A stretch of DNA of 64,000 nucleotides. Origin: Euprymna scolopes. Lineage: Eukaryota. Below are positions 62,500 to 64,000 of this stretch, piece by piece (positions within the stretch are counted from its first letter, which is position 1; each line of letters opens with the position of its first letter). The notes under the pieces were generated by a model. That model made no database searches. It worked only from the letters and a program-made list of their open reading frames with translations, and was not told where the DNA came from. The stretch is taken from the NCBI GenBank assembly GCA_053919585.1, contig CM132820.1. One strand, written 5' to 3'. Both the position numbers and the translations under genes were made by a program.

Positions 62500-63110
62500 C
62501 AAGAAACTTGTATTTTTTGTATATTCTTTGAAAATACAAAGATTGGCTCCACAGCAGTTTTTCAACAAGACGAAAAACAGCATTGGAAAAGTATCTTTTT
62601 CAAAAACCGTGAGAAGACAAAATTAATTACTGTGACCTTAAAAAAATTGCTATTGATAATCTGTATGATTTTCCCCCAGTAAAACAAGCAGAAAAATAAA
62701 AAAGTATATTAATCCAACGAAGGATTGAAACGGCAAAGTAACAAAAGATCTCACTTTCCCAACAGTTAAGCAAAAGGCGAACATAACTTTACAGAAAAAA
62801 AATCACAAAAGAAGACAGATTTGCCGCGTTACCCATGCAGAAGATGAGAACTTCACTGGAAGAACAATTGTCTACACTGGTTCCGGAAATGTGATCTTTG
62901 CATACACCATGGACACAAAGACTCACATTGCAGACCAAAAGGACACCACAATAGCAACAAGGACTCAAGCAGAGGATGAAAATGTATTGAAGTATATTAT
63001 GGTAAAAATCAAGGACAAGTATATTAGACTTCAATTTGACAGTGGTTCAGATTTGTTAAGAAACACTAACAACCTCTTTGGTATAGACTGGATCCCAAAA
63101 TACAATTAAA
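62500..63110 (+). mobile_element. Gypsy gag-protease relic
   Basis: CRR*ELHWKNNC...KCDLCIHHGHKDSHCR double knuckle; VKIKDKYIRLQFDSGSD protease motif. Confidence 0.65.
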
Positions 63111-63419
63111 AATTACTGAGGACCTCTATCCAGTCATGTAACACAGAACAAGAGCATTCTACCATCGTGAAGTAAATAAAAGTTCTGTTCAAAATTATGT
63201 CTAAATTCCCAAGTTCGACAGAAACATTTATTAGTTCCATAAGATACACCTGAAGGTAGGTTATATTGACTGAAGCGTTGAGAAAATCACACTCAAAATA
63301 AGAACAGTAGTCCGATGAATCTAAATAATATGAATGCAATGTAATTGAAAGATATCATTAATTTTTATTTTTATCAAAGCATGATATCGATAGAAAAACA
63401 TAAGATCATACCAAGTGCA

Positions 63420-64000
63420 CACTCAAACAAAATCAATTCGCCTCTTTCTTAAGGTTCACACTCAGAAGTAACTATTTTAGCATGTCTGATGATTTCATAT
63501 TTTGCCGTAAGGACTCAGACAGACACATGAACGGGCTTGGAGCCTATACTTGTAGCACTTTCCTTATGATTAGAGAATCTAAATGAATCAGACGACCAGG
63601 CCTTCATGTGCCTTAGACTAAACCTCCAACATGTTAGTTACTTATATGTTATCTATTGTTTCCCCTCATTTCAAAACTTTAATCAGCCACATCTCTAATG
63701 CCGAACTCTCCCTAGATACTAGTGCCTAAATACAGGTATTTGGTGACTTAAATATCCAGCACAACAATTTACTTGGTTTCTATATTATTGGTGGTACGAT
63801 TACACATAGCCTTTTGTATATCCCATTCTCTGTCACAGAGAATTACATTCCTGACCCGTCTCTCAGACCGACAGGACTAGCAAGCATCATTCTAGATCTA
63901 TTTCTGATCACAGTTCATGGGGACTGTTAAACAAATGCCCATTGACCACTCGGAAATGATCATCATGTGATACTGATAGACATCATTGTAAAATCTCAAC
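63420..64000 (+). mobile_element. CR1/L2-like LINE apurinic-endonuclease relic
   Basis: RKDSDRHMNGLGAY, FMCLRL, VFGDLNIQH, SHSLSQ..TFLTR, ILDLFL. Confidence 0.7.

Overview
AT-rich, repeat-dominated region of an animal (probably invertebrate) nuclear genome, with one 142-N assembly gap. The only plausible host genes are three tandem C2H2 zinc-finger ORFs (9, 7-8 and 19 fingers; no recognisable effector domain) plus one zinc-finger remnant. Most of the rest is decayed and nested mobile DNA: Gypsy-type LTR retrotransposons, CR1/L2-like LINEs, an R4/Dong-like restriction-endonuclease LINE with a non-coding partner sharing its tail, a hAT transposase, an AcademX fragment, MITEs and microsatellites. 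The most unusual signal is shared by three divergent Gypsy-like elements (557-4772, 25933-33130, 39325-44390). Each has AGCTATTTCGGC (degenerate in one copy) at the primer-binding position. This is the exact reverse complement of nt 1-12 (the 5' end, not the CCA 3' end) of animal tRNA-Phe(GAA). Two of the three also have a 5'-truncated left repeat lacking U3/TATA, a 3' end without terminal CA, and about 7-bp target-site duplications; one ends in an oligo-A tail. This points to non-canonical priming and integration. Coordinates of decayed relics are approximate. All family assignments come from motif recognition by eye, not database searches.
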